Assembly: GCA_965213925.1 (NCBI GenBank)
Contig: OZ243927.1
Coordinates: forward strand, 4,288,001-4,352,000
Direction: 5' to 3'
Origin: Trueperaceae bacterium
GTDB lineage: Bacteria; Deinococcota; Deinococci; Deinococcales; Trueperaceae
Length of the DNA stretch: 64,000 nucleotides
Shown: positions 45,996-56,956 of the stretch, piece after piece
How the letters are laid out: every line of letters starts with the position of its first letter
How positions within the stretch are numbered: position 1 is the first letter of the stretch
Notes under the pieces: model-generated
The model's input: only the letters and a program-made list of their open reading frames with translations
Told to the model about the DNA's origin: nothing
Databases searched by the model: none
Translations under genes and position numbers: made by a program

Positions 45996-46388
45996 ATGAA
46001 ACCCGACGCCGCTTTGCTTAAAGAGATTATGGACCATGTCGCGAATGTTGGCTATTCTCGTGAGGAAATAGGTATTGAGAATTTGGGGATCGAAGACGTT
46101 CCTACGGACAAACTTAATTACCACGTCGTTCACTTGATCGAAGAGGGTTATCTGCGGGGAAAAATTAAAACATTCCCTGATGGATACAAATCTATACTTA
46201 TCGAACGTATGACCGACAAAGGAGCGCTCTTGCTCGAGACAACTGAGAACCCGAGGTTCTTAGAGTGGGTCAAGAGCAATACAGGGAGTGCCTTTGGAGA
46301 TTTGCTACAAGGAGGGGTGCAAGGTAGTGCCGCACTTGCTTGGGGACTCGCAAAACAGTGGTTGGCTGAGAATGGCGTAAAACTTTGA
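45996..46388 (+). CDS. DUF2513-like protein (AT-rich)
   Basis: MKPDAALLKEIM...LNYHVVHLIEEGYL...MTDKGALLLE. Confidence 0.7.
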   Translation: MKPDAALLKEIMDHVANVGYSREEIGIENLGIEDVPTDKLNYHVVHLIEEGYLRGKIKTFPDGYKSILIERMTDKGALLLETTENPRFLEWVKSNTGSAFGDLLQGGVQGSAALAWGLAKQWLAENGVKL

Positions 46389-46425
46389 CTTGCACACGTA
46401 GACTTCAAATACTCCGGTAAAGAGA

Positions 46426-46446
46426 AGGGCTGCACTGAGCAGCCCT
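46426..46446. terminator. Bidirectional terminator
   Basis: AGGGCTGC-ACTGA-GCAGCCCT between convergent genes. Confidence 0.6.
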
Positions 46447-46467
46447 CTTTCCTTTTCCCGATAAAAT

Positions 46468-48027
46468 CTATAGCCTCGAGACCAAATCCACCCCGTCCCG
46501 AACCTCTTGTACCGAGGGCGTCCTGCGCTGCCGCATGAGGTGATGGAGCGCCGTCATCTCCTTGTCTCGCCCTGCCCCGGCTGCCGCCCTTATTTCGCCA
46601 CCTTCAACGTAGTAGGCGATAAATTTAGCCTCGTCCACGTCGCCATCGATGATGACCTCGTCCCAACTCTCCGCGTGACCGACGTAACGCAGCTTGAGGT
46701 CGACCTGACCCGTCCAAAAGTAAGGGACGCTGCCGTAAGGCTCGTCCAAACCCAGCATGTTCTTTGCCGCGATACGCCCGTGCTGCGCCGCGAGCCGCCA
46801 GTGCTCGATGCGCACGCGCTTGCCGGAAATCGGGTCCGGGTAGGAGGCGATGTCGCCTGCGACGTAGAGCCCGTCCGCCACTCGGAGGTGCGCGTCCGCT
46901 AAGACGCCGCCATCATCCGCTAGCGGGACGCCTTCGAAAATGTCCGTGGCAGGCGAGACGCCGATGCCTAAGACGACGAAGTCCGCCTCCAACGTCTCCC
47001 CGCTGTCGAGCGTCACACCCGACACCGTCCCGTTGCCCTCGAAGCTCGACAACTTCGACTCCAACTTGAAGTGCGTCCCCTTCTCGTCGTGCAAGCGCCG
47101 AAAGAGGTTGCCGACTTGGGGTCCGAGAATCTTGGCAAAAGGAACCTCTTCGGGCGCGACGACCGTCACGTCAACCTCTAAGTCTTGGAGGCTCGAGGCG
47201 AGTTCTAAACCGATGTAGCTCGAGCCGACGATCACCGCTTTTTGTCCCTTCTGAGCGGCGGAAAGAATCGCTTGCGCGTCGTTCAACGAGCGCAGTTTAT
47301 AGACGTTCTTGGCGTCTTCGCCCTCTAAACCCAAGCTGTTCGGCACACCGCCCGTCGCCACTAAGAGCGCGTCGTACTCCATCGTCTCACCATTTGTGAA
47401 GGTCAGCGTCTTCGCTTCCGCGTCGACCTTCGTGACCTCAGCCTCTAAACGCTCGATGTCTCGTTCGTCGTAGAAGCTCGCGCTGCGAAGCTCCAGAGCG
47501 GAGGGGTCCTCCGCCGCGCTCGGTCCCTTACTGAGCTTCGTGCGGTCATAAGGCAGATACGGTTCTTTGGAGATCATCACCACGCGACCGCCGAAACCTT
47601 CTTGGCGCAAGGTCTCTACCGCATTTGCGCCTGCGATACCGCCGCCTAAGATGACGAAGGTGCGCTCGTCGCTCTCGGTTGCATCAGGGGCGACCAAGGT
47701 TCGGCTGTCTTTCGCGTCACTGGGAACCTCTACGTAGATATCGTCACCGTCCACACGTACATCAAAGCTGGGCAGCGAATCGAGGCCGGGCGGCTCCAAC
47801 TGTTTGCCCTCTTTCACCTCGAAGCAGGCGTGATGCCAGGGGCAGATAATTTTACCCTCGGAAATGGTTCCCTGTGCGAGCGGCGCACCGTAATGCGTGC
47901 ACGTCGCGCCGACAGCGTAGAAGTCGCCGTCTACGTTGGCGAGAAGCACGTCCGTCTCCCCTACCGTGACTTGTTTCATCTCGCCATTTTGCACGTCGTT
48001 CGTTTGGGCTACCTTTTGCTCAGCCAT
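46468..48027 (-). CDS. Rieske [2Fe-2S] + FAD-dependent pyridine-nucleotide oxidoreductase
   Basis: CTHYG...CPWH Rieske; GGGIAG, YDRTKLSK, ATGG, AGDIA, VPYFW. Confidence 0.92.
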   Translation of the reverse strand: MAEQKVAQTNDVQNGEMKQVTVGETDVLLANVDGDFYAVGATCTHYGAPLAQGTISEGKIICPWHHACFEVKEGKQLEPPGLDSLPSFDVRVDGDDIYVEVPSDAKDSRTLVAPDATESDERTFVILGGGIAGANAVETLRQEGFGGRVVMISKEPYLPYDRTKLSKGPSAAEDPSALELRSASFYDERDIERLEAEVTKVDAEAKTLTFTNGETMEYDALLVATGGVPNSLGLEGEDAKNVYKLRSLNDAQAILSAAQKGQKAVIVGSSYIGLELASSLQDLEVDVTVVAPEEVPFAKILGPQVGNLFRRLHDEKGTHFKLESKLSSFEGNGTVSGVTLDSGETLEADFVVLGIGVSPATDIFEGVPLADDGGVLADAHLRVADGLYVAGDIASYPDPISGKRVRIEHWRLAAQHGRIAAKNMLGLDEPYGSVPYFWTGQVDLKLRYVGHAESWDEVIIDGDVDEAKFIAYYVEGGEIRAAAGAGRDKEMTALHHLMRQRRTPSVQEVRDGVDLVSRL

Positions 48028-48179
48028 GTCCCACCTCTCTCAATATTATATGGTTCAGCTTACTCAACATGGGAAAAGCAAACGCTGCACCACACCGCAT
48101 TTTGTGGAGGTTGGAACGAAGTCACCACACCGTTATGAATAAAGAGATGCAACTTCTTGCAGCAAGGCAAAATAGCGAA

Positions 48180-48360
48180 TATAGCAGGTATCATCTGGTT
48201 TGAACCAACCTCACGTTATAGAACATTGTGTAGCACGCACTTCAAGTGATGAGGTTCCGCTCTCAGGCGAAGCCGTTCCGCTAGGCTTTGCCTGAGAGCG
48301 GAATTGTTCTTCGTCTGAGACCTGCGCCATTTCGCTCCAATACTTCCGATAACCGCTATA
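48180..48360 (+). mobile_element. MITE family B copy 2 with internal GC hairpin
   Basis: TATAGCAGGTATCATCTGGTTTGAACCAA...TACTTCCGATAACCGCTATA; homologous to rc of 8204-8342. Confidence 0.7.
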
Positions 48361-48451
48361 GTGCGAGGAAGCACCCAACACCAGATTCAGGGCAAAAAAG
48401 AAAGAGGTCAGGACGAATCCCAACCTCTTCAACTGTCTGAGAGAAAACGCG

Positions 48452-50884
48452 CTAGAGTTCTTCCTCCGCCGGCATCACCATCGCTGACACGACGCGGTCC
48501 CCGTTACCCAAACGCATGATCGTCACACCTTGCGAGGAGCGTCCGTAGGAGCTTATTTCACCGACGCGGGTGCGAATCAACACGCCGCCTTCAGACAAGA
48601 CGAGCAGTTCTTCTGTGCCTGTTACAAAGCCCAAGTTGACGAGCGAACCCGTTTTCGGCGTGACTTTGAGGGTGATGACCCCTTGTCCACCGCGTCCTTG
48701 TACGGGATACTCGCTTAGCGGTGTGCGCTTGCCAAAGCCGCATTCGGTTACAGCGAGAAGTTCGGCGGCGTCTTGCTGTTCGGCGGCGATAACGGAGAGC
48801 GAGACGACGATATCGTCCTTTTTGAGCTTGATGCCGCGCACCCCTTGCGTGGCGCGTCCGGTCTCGCGGGCGTCATCCTCGGCGAAGCGGATGGACTGTC
48901 CGTCCCTGGTCGCCAGGACGATGTGCGCCCCTTCCCAGGCGTTGCGCACTGCCACGAGTTCGTCACCGTCTACGAGGTTAAGAGCGATGAGCCCCGCCGC
49001 GTTGAGGTTGCCGTACTCGCGAATCGCCGTCTTCTTGATGATGCCCTGCCGCGTCGCGAAGACGAAGTAGCCGTCATCGTCGAAGTCTTTAACCGACAAG
49101 ACGGTAGCAACTTGCTCATCTTCGGATAGGGGCAAGATGTTACGCAAGTGATTACCGCGTGCGGCGCGTTCCGCTTCGGGCAGATCGTAGATTTTCTCGC
49201 GGTAGACGCGCCCTCGGTCGGTAAAGAAGAGCAAATAGTCGTGCGTGTTGCCGACGATCAGCATCGAGTTGATATCGTCCTCTTTGCGCTTTTGTGCGGT
49301 TGCGCCGCGTCCGCCGCGCGCTTGAGCGCGGTAAGCGGTCAGCGCGGTGCGCTTGATGTAGCCACCACGGGTGAGCGTCACCACCATGTCCTCTTCGGCG
49401 ATGAGGTCCTCCTTGGAGATGTTGCCCTCGTCGTCGCTGATGACCGTGCGGCGCTCGTCGCCGAAGCTCTTTTTCACGTCGCGAAGCTCTTTTTTGATGA
49501 CCTTGCGGAGTTCGGCCTCGTCGCCCAAGATGGTCTCGAGCCGCGCAATCTCCTCTTGCAGTTCGCGGTACTCCCCTTGGAGCTTTTCACGTTCTAAACC
49601 TGTGAGCCGCTGGAGGCGCATGTCCAATACCGCTTGCGCCTGCGCTTCGGTCAAGCCGAAGGTCTCGACTAAACCTGCTCGAGCCGTTGGACCATCCGCC
49701 GAGGCGCGAATGAGTTCAATGACCGCGTCGAGCCTATCGAGCGCAATGAGATAGCCCTCTAAGATGTGCGCCCGCTCCTGCGCCTTGCGCAGCTCATAGG
49801 TCGTGCGGCGACGCACCACGTCGGCGCGGTGGTTCAAAAAGAGCCCGAGCGTGTCTTTGAGCGACAAGACCTGCGGCGAGCGGTTCACGATCGCCAGGTT
49901 GTTGACGCTAAAGGTGGACTGAAGCTGCGTGTACTTGTAGAGCTGATTGAGCACTAACTCGGGGTGCGCCCCGCGCTTGAGTTCGAAGACGATGCGCATC
50001 CCCTGACGGTCGGACTCGTCGCGAATGTTTGAGATGTCCTCGATGCGCTTGCTGCGCACGAGCCCGGCAGCCGTTTGAATCAAAGAGGTCTTATTGACCT
50101 GATACGGGATTTCTGTGACCACAATCGACTGACGGTTGCCCCGCTCCTCAAAGCGCACCTTCGCGCGGATGCGGATGCTGCCGCGCCCCGTCTCGAACGC
50201 CTCGCGAATGCCGGAGCGACCCATCAAGCCGCCCGTCGGGAAGTCCGGTCCTTTGATGTGCTTCATCAGTTCGTCTAGCGTGATGTCGGAATTGTCCACC
50301 ATCGCGACGAGCCCGTCCACCACTTCGGAGAGGTTGTGCGGCGCGATGTTCGTCGCCATGCCGACGGCGATACCCGAGGCTCCGTTGATGAGCATATTCG
50401 GCACAGCAGAGGGCAAGACTTCGGGTTCCTCGGTGGTGCCGTCGAAGTTCTCCTTAAAGTCTACGGTTTCTTTGTCGATGTCGGCGAGAATCGACTCTGC
50501 TGCTAGCGCCATCCGCGCTTCGGTGTAGCGGTACGCCGCCGCCGGGTCGCCGTCGATGGAGCCGAAGTTGCCTTGACCGTCCACGAGCGGATAGCGCAAG
50601 TTCCACCCCTGCGCCATGCGCACCATCGCGTCGTAAATCGCGGTGTCGCCGTGTGGGTGGTACTTCTTGATGACCTCACCGACGACGCCCGCTGACTTCG
50701 AGTAGCGGCGGTTAGAGAATAATCCCTCTTGCTGCATGGCGTAGAGGATGCGGCGCTGTACGGGTTTGAGACCGTCGCGCACATCCGGCAGGGCGCGGTC
50801 TACAATGACCGACATGGCGTAGTTGATAAAACTCGTCTTGATTTCGTCTGTAATCTGGACGGGGACGATTTGACCTTCGTTCAA
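48452..50884 (-). CDS. gyrA: DNA gyrase subunit A
   Basis: [37 protein letters not shown], GyrA-box QARGGRG. Confidence 0.97.
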   Translation of the reverse strand: MNEGQIVPVQITDEIKTSFINYAMSVIVDRALPDVRDGLKPVQRRILYAMQQEGLFSNRRYSKSAGVVGEVIKKYHPHGDTAIYDAMVRMAQGWNLRYPLVDGQGNFGSIDGDPAAAYRYTEARMALAAESILADIDKETVDFKENFDGTTEEPEVLPSAVPNMLINGASGIAVGMATNIAPHNLSEVVDGLVAMVDNSDITLDELMKHIKGPDFPTGGLMGRSGIREAFETGRGSIRIRAKVRFEERGNRQSIVVTEIPYQVNKTSLIQTAAGLVRSKRIEDISNIRDESDRQGMRIVFELKRGAHPELVLNQLYKYTQLQSTFSVNNLAIVNRSPQVLSLKDTLGLFLNHRADVVRRRTTYELRKAQERAHILEGYLIALDRLDAVIELIRASADGPTARAGLVETFGLTEAQAQAVLDMRLQRLTGLEREKLQGEYRELQEEIARLETILGDEAELRKVIKKELRDVKKSFGDERRTVISDDEGNISKEDLIAEEDMVVTLTRGGYIKRTALTAYRAQARGGRGATAQKRKEDDINSMLIVGNTHDYLLFFTDRGRVYREKIYDLPEAERAARGNHLRNILPLSEDEQVATVLSVKDFDDDGYFVFATRQGIIKKTAIREYGNLNAAGLIALNLVDGDELVAVRNAWEGAHIVLATRDGQSIRFAEDDARETGRATQGVRGIKLKKDDIVVSLSVIAAEQQDAAELLAVTECGFGKRTPLSEYPVQGRGGQGVITLKVTPKTGSLVNLGFVTGTEELLVLSEGGVLIRTRVGEISSYGRSSQGVTIMRLGNGDRVVSAMVMPAEEEL

Positions 50885-51382
50885 GATAAACCTCCGGGAT
50901 AGGTCTCAGCCGTCAGCCGTTGCGCTAGGCTTTGCCTGAGAGCGGGATTTCAGTAAGATAACGCGCTTAGTGGAACAATTTGAGACCTTCAAAGTGTGAG
51001 GATGATACCTGCGGCTCACGACTCTGATTCGGTACAACAGAGCGCGTTTTCAGACCTCCTCGAGAGCCAAAAACCGCCCTTCAGAACGTTTTATTCTAAC
51101 ATTTCGAGAGCGTCTTCTGGAACGAGTACACGACACCACCCTAAGCGCAAAAAGGTGTGAAGTTTTTACGCCTGCTACCCTCTCCCCGGTGACGCAAGGT
51201 TGCGCGGAAGATCTTCCCTTTTATGAACGCATGAATAGGAGCAAACGTAGCGGGTATCCGCGAAAAATAGGCGGGCAAGAGCCCTAGCCGTAGAGAGACA
51301 CGCTGGAAATTTTAGGGAATAGCCGCTCAAGGTGAAGCGGGTTCCGGTAGACCTACTTTGATAAAGGGAGGGGCCTCGAGCC

Positions 51383-51934
51383 TTACCGCAAGGGAGGGAA
51401 CACGACGATTTGCGTTTCTGGAAAAGCCCTCGGCGCGACCTTTTCGCTGCGCGGCACGAGCAAACGGTGGCGGTAACTGTTTTGGAAAGGTTCCCAGTAC
51501 ACCTCGGTTTGACCTCTTTCTACATCCACAATCCAAAGCTCTGGCACACCTGCCTCGGCATACCTGGGTAACTTCCTCTCTTTGTCGTATACGAAGCTTG
51601 ATAGGCTAATCTCGATAGTCAGAAATATATCCTCCGCTGTCGGATGAGCGTCCATATAGAGGGAAGCTTTAGGACGCGCAAGCGCAAGGTCTGGCTCTAA
51701 TAAACGATGCTTATCCAAAGTGAGCGGATTTTGAGTGCGAACGATTGCACGGTCTCCGTAGGACCGTTGCAGATATTTAGAAAGCCAATCCACGTGTCCA
51801 GCATGTTGACTACTCGGGGGTGTCATCGTATAAAGTTCTCCGTCGATGAGTTCAACACGCTCATCTGGGGCGAAAACGCCAGCCGCACTCATCGTAAAAA
51901 CGTCGTCCACCGTTAATTTGCGTTTGGCGATCAC
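51383..51934 (-). CDS. Uma2 family endonuclease
   Basis: RVELIDGEL, EPDL, YDKERKLPRYAEAGVPELWIVD. Confidence 0.9.
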   Translation of the reverse strand: MIAKRKLTVDDVFTMSAAGVFAPDERVELIDGELYTMTPPSSQHAGHVDWLSKYLQRSYGDRAIVRTQNPLTLDKHRLLEPDLALARPKASLYMDAHPTAEDIFLTIEISLSSFVYDKERKLPRYAEAGVPELWIVDVERGQTEVYWEPFQNSYRHRLLVPRSEKVAPRAFPETQIVVFPPLR

Positions 51935-52008
51935 CTCTTTAGTATAGCACCGAAGCCAACCTAAGCGCCATTTAGGGCGTGTTATGCTCCATGCTCGAGA
52001 GGTAAGCT

Positions 52009-55000
52009 ATGCCCAAGCGCACCGACCTTAAAAAAATTCTGATTCTAGGCTCTGGTCCTATCGTCATCGGTCAAGCTGCCGAATTCGACTACTCCGGCAC
52101 ACAAGCCTGCAAAGCGCTCCGAGGTGAGGGCTTCGAAGTCGTACTCATCAACTCGAACCCAGCGACGATCATGACCGACCCGGAAGTGGCGGACAAAACC
52201 TACATCGAGCCCCTAACGCCCGAGTTTGCCGAGAAGGTCATCGCGGCGGAGAAGCCAGACGCGCTCTTGCCCACATTAGGCGGACAAACCGCGCTGAACC
52301 TCGCGAAAGCGATGTACGAAGCGGGCATCCTAGAGAAGCACGGCGTCGAGCTGATTGGCGCGAATTATGACGCGATTCAAAAGGGTGAAGATAGACAACT
52401 CTTTCAGCAAGCGATGAACAAGATTGGGATTAGCACGCCCGCCGGGAAGATGGTGGGGACCTTAGAGGAGGCGTTGGCATTCACCTCCGAGATCGGCTAC
52501 CCCGCTATCATCCGCCCCTCGTTTACGCTGGGCGGCACGGGCGGCGGTATCGCTTACGACGAGGCGGAGTTCCGCCAAATCGTGCGTCAGGGCTTGCACG
52601 ACTCGCCCGTTCACACCGTTCAGGTGGAGCAGTCCGTGTTGGGCTGGAAAGAGTACGAGTTAGAGGTGATGCGCGACCACAACGACACGGTGGTCATCAT
52701 CTGCTCGATCGAAAACGTGGACCCGATGGGCGTGCATACGGGCGACTCTATGACGGTCGCGCCCGCGCAGACTTTGTCCGACAAGGAATATCAAAAGCTG
52801 CGCGACTACTCCATCGACATCATCCGCGAAATCGGCGTGGAGACGGGCGGCTCGAACATTCAGTTCGCGGTGAACCCGGCGAACGGCGACATTATCGTCA
52901 TCGAGATGAACCCGAGGGTGTCGCGCTCGTCGGCGTTGGCAAGTAAAGCGACGGGCTACCCGATCGCGAAGATCGCCGCCCTGCTCGCGGTGGGCTATCA
53001 CTTGGATGAGTTGCCGAACGACATCACGCGGGTTACGAAAGCTGCTTTTGAACCCTCCATCGACTACGTCGTCACGAAAATTCCGCGCTTCGCCTTCGAG
53101 AAGTTTCCCGAAACGCAAGACGTGCTCGGCACGCAGATGCGCAGCGTCGGCGAGGTCATGGCGATCGGGCGCACCTTCAAGGAGAGCTTGCTTAAAGCGA
53201 TGCGCTCGCTTGAACTCGACGTGCGCGGCGAGACGAGAGACCTCAACTTGGCGCAGCTCGAGTCTCGCCTCTATCCCAACCCGCGCCGCTTGCCCGCGCT
53301 TTTGGAACTTCTGCGGCGCGGCAAGAGCACGCGCTATTTGGGGGAGAAAACGTCCATCGACCCTTGGTTTCTGGGTCAGCTTAAAGAGATTGTGGACGTG
53401 GAGAAAGAGGTCGCGCGTTTAGGCGAGCCGAGTCGCTGGAGTGAGGGCGTGTGGTTCGAGGTCAAACGCATCGGCTTTAGCGACGCGGACTTGGCGCAGC
53501 TCACGGGGGTGGCTCGAGCTGACATTCGGCGCGTCCGCATAGAAAGAGGTCAGACGCCCGTCTATAAAACGGTGGACACCTGCGCCGCCGAGTTCGAGGC
53601 GTACACGCCCTATCACTACAGCACGTACGAGCGCGAAGATGAGGTCACGGACTCGGACGCGCAGAAAGTCGTGATTCTAGGCTCCGGACCCAACCGCATC
53701 GGGCAGGGCGTCGAGTTCGACTACGCCACGGTGCACGCGGTCTGGGCGCTCAAAGAGGCGGGCTATGAGACCATCATGGTCAACTCGAACCCCGAGACCG
53801 TCTCGACGGATTACGACACGGCGGACCGCCTCTACTTCGAGCCCTTGACCTTCGAGGATACGCTCAACATCATCGAACGGGAAAAAGCGGTGGGCGTCAT
53901 CGTGCAGCTCGGCGGGCAGACGCCCCTCAAACTTGCACAACCGCTGAGTGACGCGGGCGTACCGATTTGGGGCACGCCCGCCGAAGCGATCTTTGCCGCC
54001 GAAGACCGCGACGCCTTTTACGAACTCTGCCAGCGCTTGGAGATTCCGCAGCCGAAAGGCGGCGTGGCGAAAAAGCCTAAAGAGGCGCGCTCTCTCGCCC
54101 AGCGCATCGGCTACCCCGTCATGGTGCGCCCTTCGTTCGTCTTGGGCGGGCGGGCGATGCGGCGCGTCTACAACGCGGCGGAGCTGAACGACTATCTGGA
54201 AGAGGTCTACGCGGAGTTGCCGGACAACCCGTCCATTCTAGTGGATGAATTTCTGGAGGGTGCCAAAGAGGTCGACGTAGACGCGCTAGCGGACGGCGAA
54301 CGCGCCGTCGTCGCGGGCATCATGGAGCATATCGAAGGCGCGGGCGTCCACTCGGGCGACAGCGCGTGCATCACGCCGAGCGTCACGTTGAGCGAAGAGG
54401 TCATCGCAACGTTGAACGAATACAGCATCAAGCTCGCCCTAGACATCGGCGTGAAGGGACTCATCAACATCCAGTACGTTATTCAGAACGACAAGGTCTA
54501 CGTCATCGAAGCGAACCCTCGCGCGAGCCGCACCATCCCCTACCTCTCCAAAGCCACCGGTCATCCGCTCGCTAAGTACGCCGCGCTGATCGCGGCAGGT
54601 CAGACGCTCACCGATTTGAACTTTACCGAGACCCCGCAGCCGGACGTTTACAGCGTGAAAGAGGTCGTGTTGCCCTTTCTCAAATTTACGAACGTACCGC
54701 CCGTGTTGGGACCGGAGATGCGCTCGACGGGTGAGAGCATGGGTGTGGACGCTGACCCCTACTTGGCGTTTTACAAAGCGCTGCTCGGCGCGAACGTGCG
54801 CCCGCCGTCTCGAGGCGAGGTGCGGCTCATCGGAGATGATGTCGCGAGTTTAGAAGCGGACTTGACCTCTTTAGGGTTTAGCGTGAGCGGCGGAATCGAC
54901 GCCGAACTGAGCGAAGCGCCGGGCTATGACCTCTTGATCGACACGGTCCACACGCCCGAACTGCGCCGCGCTTTGGAAAACGGTATCCCCTACGTCACTA

Positions 55001-55107
55001 CGGGAGAGGCAGCGTGGTGGCTCGTCAGAGCGCTCGAGGCGGCGCAGAAGACGAGTTTGAACGTTACCGCCTTGCAAGACCTCAATGCTCAGGGTGTGTC
55101 GGGTTAG
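52009..55107 (+). CDS. carB: Carbamoyl-phosphate synthase large subunit
   Basis: [30 protein letters not shown]; duplicated ATP-grasp domains. Confidence 0.97.
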   Translation: MPKRTDLKKILILGSGPIVIGQAAEFDYSGTQACKALRGEGFEVVLINSNPATIMTDPEVADKTYIEPLTPEFAEKVIAAEKPDALLPTLGGQTALNLAKAMYEAGILEKHGVELIGANYDAIQKGEDRQLFQQAMNKIGISTPAGKMVGTLEEALAFTSEIGYPAIIRPSFTLGGTGGGIAYDEAEFRQIVRQGLHDSPVHTVQVEQSVLGWKEYELEVMRDHNDTVVIICSIENVDPMGVHTGDSMTVAPAQTLSDKEYQKLRDYSIDIIREIGVETGGSNIQFAVNPANGDIIVIEMNPRVSRSSALASKATGYPIAKIAALLAVGYHLDELPNDITRVTKAAFEPSIDYVVTKIPRFAFEKFPETQDVLGTQMRSVGEVMAIGRTFKESLLKAMRSLELDVRGETRDLNLAQLESRLYPNPRRLPALLELLRRGKSTRYLGEKTSIDPWFLGQLKEIVDVEKEVARLGEPSRWSEGVWFEVKRIGFSDADLAQLTGVARADIRRVRIERGQTPVYKTVDTCAAEFEAYTPYHYSTYEREDEVTDSDAQKVVILGSGPNRIGQGVEFDYATVHAVWALKEAGYETIMVNSNPETVSTDYDTADRLYFEPLTFEDTLNIIEREKAVGVIVQLGGQTPLKLAQPLSDAGVPIWGTPAEAIFAAEDRDAFYELCQRLEIPQPKGGVAKKPKEARSLAQRIGYPVMVRPSFVLGGRAMRRVYNAAELNDYLEEVYAELPDNPSILVDEFLEGAKEVDVDALADGERAVVAGIMEHIEGAGVHSGDSACITPSVTLSEEVIATLNEYSIKLALDIGVKGLINIQYVIQNDKVYVIEANPRASRTIPYLSKATGHPLAKYAALIAAGQTLTDLNFTETPQPDVYSVKEVVLPFLKFTNVPPVLGPEMRSTGESMGVDADPYLAFYKALLGANVRPPSRGEVRLIGDDVASLEADLTSLGFSVSGGIDAELSEAPGYDLLIDTVHTPELRRALENGIPYVTTGEAAWWLVRALEAAQKTSLNVTALQDLNAQGVSG

Positions 55108-55109
55108 GG

Positions 55110-55757
55110 CTAGGGCGCTTCGTCCTCGAAAAGACCGTGCATAAAGAGGTGCATCACCGCTCGCAGAATGCGCTCGTCATCGTCGCCTTTCGACTCCGCG
55201 ACGCGCCAGAAGAGGAGGTTGAGCAGCCGCGCCGTGACCTCGATATCGACTTCTCGCCGCGCCCCCGGCAGAGCGAGCGCCGAACGCAGCGCTAACGCGA
55301 CGCGCCCCGCCGTCCACGCTTCGACCTCTCGGTCGAGCGCCATGATCTCCGCGTCGCTGAGCGCGACCTCGCGCCACGCCCGGTACGCGCCCAGGTAGGC
55401 ACGGTCTGCGCTGAGTCCGTCGCGCAGCGCAGTCTCTAAGACCGCTTCGGGGTTGTCCGAAGCGAGGTCTAGGTTGAGGGTCTCGATTTCTCGCAGCAAA
55501 TTGTCCATCAAGACGAGCAGAAGTTGACGCTTGGAGCGGAAGTGCTGGTAGAACGTGCCCGCCGCCGCGTTCGCCTCCCCCGCAATATCCGCGACGCTCG
55601 TCCTTTCGAAGCCGCGCTCCGCGAAGAGGTTGAGAGCGGCGTCTAAGAGGGCGCCTTTGGTGCGGCGGCTGCGCCGCTGTTGCGGCGCGGTGGGCAAATC
55701 TTCGTGCGCTAAGAGGTCGGGGCGTTCAAGTGAGGACGGGCTCGCGGGCTGTTTCAT
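55110..55757 (-). CDS. TetR family regulator
   Basis: LFAERGFERTSVADIA...GTFYQHFRSK HTH. Confidence 0.92.
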   Translation of the reverse strand: MKQPASPSSLERPDLLAHEDLPTAPQQRRSRRTKGALLDAALNLFAERGFERTSVADIAGEANAAAGTFYQHFRSKRQLLLVLMDNLLREIETLNLDLASDNPEAVLETALRDGLSADRAYLGAYRAWREVALSDAEIMALDREVEAWTAGRVALALRSALALPGARREVDIEVTARLLNLLFWRVAESKGDDDERILRAVMHLFMHGLFEDEAP

Positions 55758-56592
55758 TCATAAACAGTTTAATGGACGCCGTAAGAACTTCGGGCTGATC
55801 TTCAGAAACGAACGTTTTAGAGTTTGAGACGCGCTCTAAGCGAGCGTTTGGAAAGGCGTCTGCGAGCCGCTCGCCGAAGACGAAGAGCCTGTCGTCTTGT
55901 CCCCAAGCCACCAAGACAGGCTTGTGAAACTCGGAGAAGTGCTCGGCTGCTTCTAAGGTGTAGCGGTTAGAGATGCCTAGCGCGACCTTTTTAGCGTCTC
56001 GCCTTATCTTGGGGTTATGGATGTAGCCGTGGAAGTAGCTTTCGGCGACGTGAGGCTCGAGTCGCGTGTGGGCTAGCAGGGCGTAGAGCACGTTCTGAAC
56101 GGAGCGAAACTGTGAGGCGAAGCCGAGCAGTGACGCGCCACCAGGCATTTGGAAGAGAGCGATAAAGGGTTTCAAGAGCGGCGGGACAAAGTGTTCAAAG
56201 GCGTCGCAGTTAGTCAGTACGAGACGGCTGATGCGTTCCGGGTGGTGCAACGCCAGGAGTTGGGTAAACGCTCCCCCCGTGTCGCACGCGACGACCGTGA
56301 CCTCTTGCAGCTCGAGCGCCGCCATGAAATCCTCCACAAGCTGCGCGACGCCCAGAGGTGTGAGGTCGGCGTCTGGGTTTATAGGCGCTGTGTGCCCCCC
56401 GAGCGGCAATGTCGGGACGATACAGCGAAAGGTACGGCTAAGAGGTCCGTAAACCTTGCGCCACATCTCGCCGTTGACCAGGAAACCGTGCACGAAGAGG
56501 AGGGTGGGACCTTCTCCTATGTCTCGGTACTGGACAGGACCTTGCGGAAGCCGAACGGTGCGGAGGTCCGAAGCTTCTCCTGATACACTCAT
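55726..56592 (-). CDS. Alpha/beta hydrolase
   Basis: FVHGFL, ACDTGG nucleophile elbow, LVLTNCD, VAWGQDD. Confidence 0.9.
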   Translation of the reverse strand: MSVSGEASDLRTVRLPQGPVQYRDIGEGPTLLFVHGFLVNGEMWRKVYGPLSRTFRCIVPTLPLGGHTAPINPDADLTPLGVAQLVEDFMAALELQEVTVVACDTGGAFTQLLALHHPERISRLVLTNCDAFEHFVPPLLKPFIALFQMPGGASLLGFASQFRSVQNVLYALLAHTRLEPHVAESYFHGYIHNPKIRRDAKKVALGISNRYTLEAAEHFSEFHKPVLVAWGQDDRLFVFGERLADAFPNARLERVSNSKTFVSEDQPEVLTASIKLFMNETAREPVLT

Positions 56593-56611
56593 CTCACCAC
56601 TTCCTTTCTCG

Positions 56612-56633
56612 AATGTGAATTCGTATTCGCATT
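56612..56633. promoter_or_regulatory. Putative TetR operator
   Basis: AATGTGAAT-TCGT-ATTCGCATT inverted repeat just upstream of the hydrolase-tetR operon. Confidence 0.6.
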
Positions 56634-56753
56634 TTAGAGAAGTTGGAGGGTAAAGTCAAGAGGTCGTTGATGTGACTCGTCTCAAAGAAGTTGCTTTAGT
56701 GTTGTTTCGACGCACCTTATATCTTATAAAGCATTAGCCCTCAGTAATTTAAG

Positions 56754-56791
56754 TACACTGTTAGCTAAAAAATGAAGCATGTCATTCTGAA
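56754..56791 (-). mobile_element. MITE family A truncated end
   Basis: TACACTGTTAGCTAAAAAATGAAGCATGTCATTCTGAA matches the ends of copies 3 and 4. Confidence 0.65.
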
Positions 56792-56956
56792 CCCTACAGC
56801 GAGCTAGTGGCGAGCGCCGCGAGCGCGCCGTATAGCTCGTCGATGCGCTCGGGGGTAGTCAACTGCTCGGGTTGCATAGTCTCTCATTTTAGCACGGGTT
56901 TCGCCATTGTCGCTCTCGCTAGCGACCGACCGGGCTGACGCGGTAGGCTTATAGGT

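Noticed and set aside
48211..48432. 73-aa minus-strand ORF with a signal-peptide-like start
   Set aside because: Most of it lies in MITE family B; a disrupted small secreted-protein gene cannot be excluded but is unsupported.
50890..51380. RDRM/DdrO radiation-desiccation motif upstream of gyrA
   Set aside because: Candidates such as TTCAGTAAGATAACGCG do not fit the 5-7-5 palindromic spacing.
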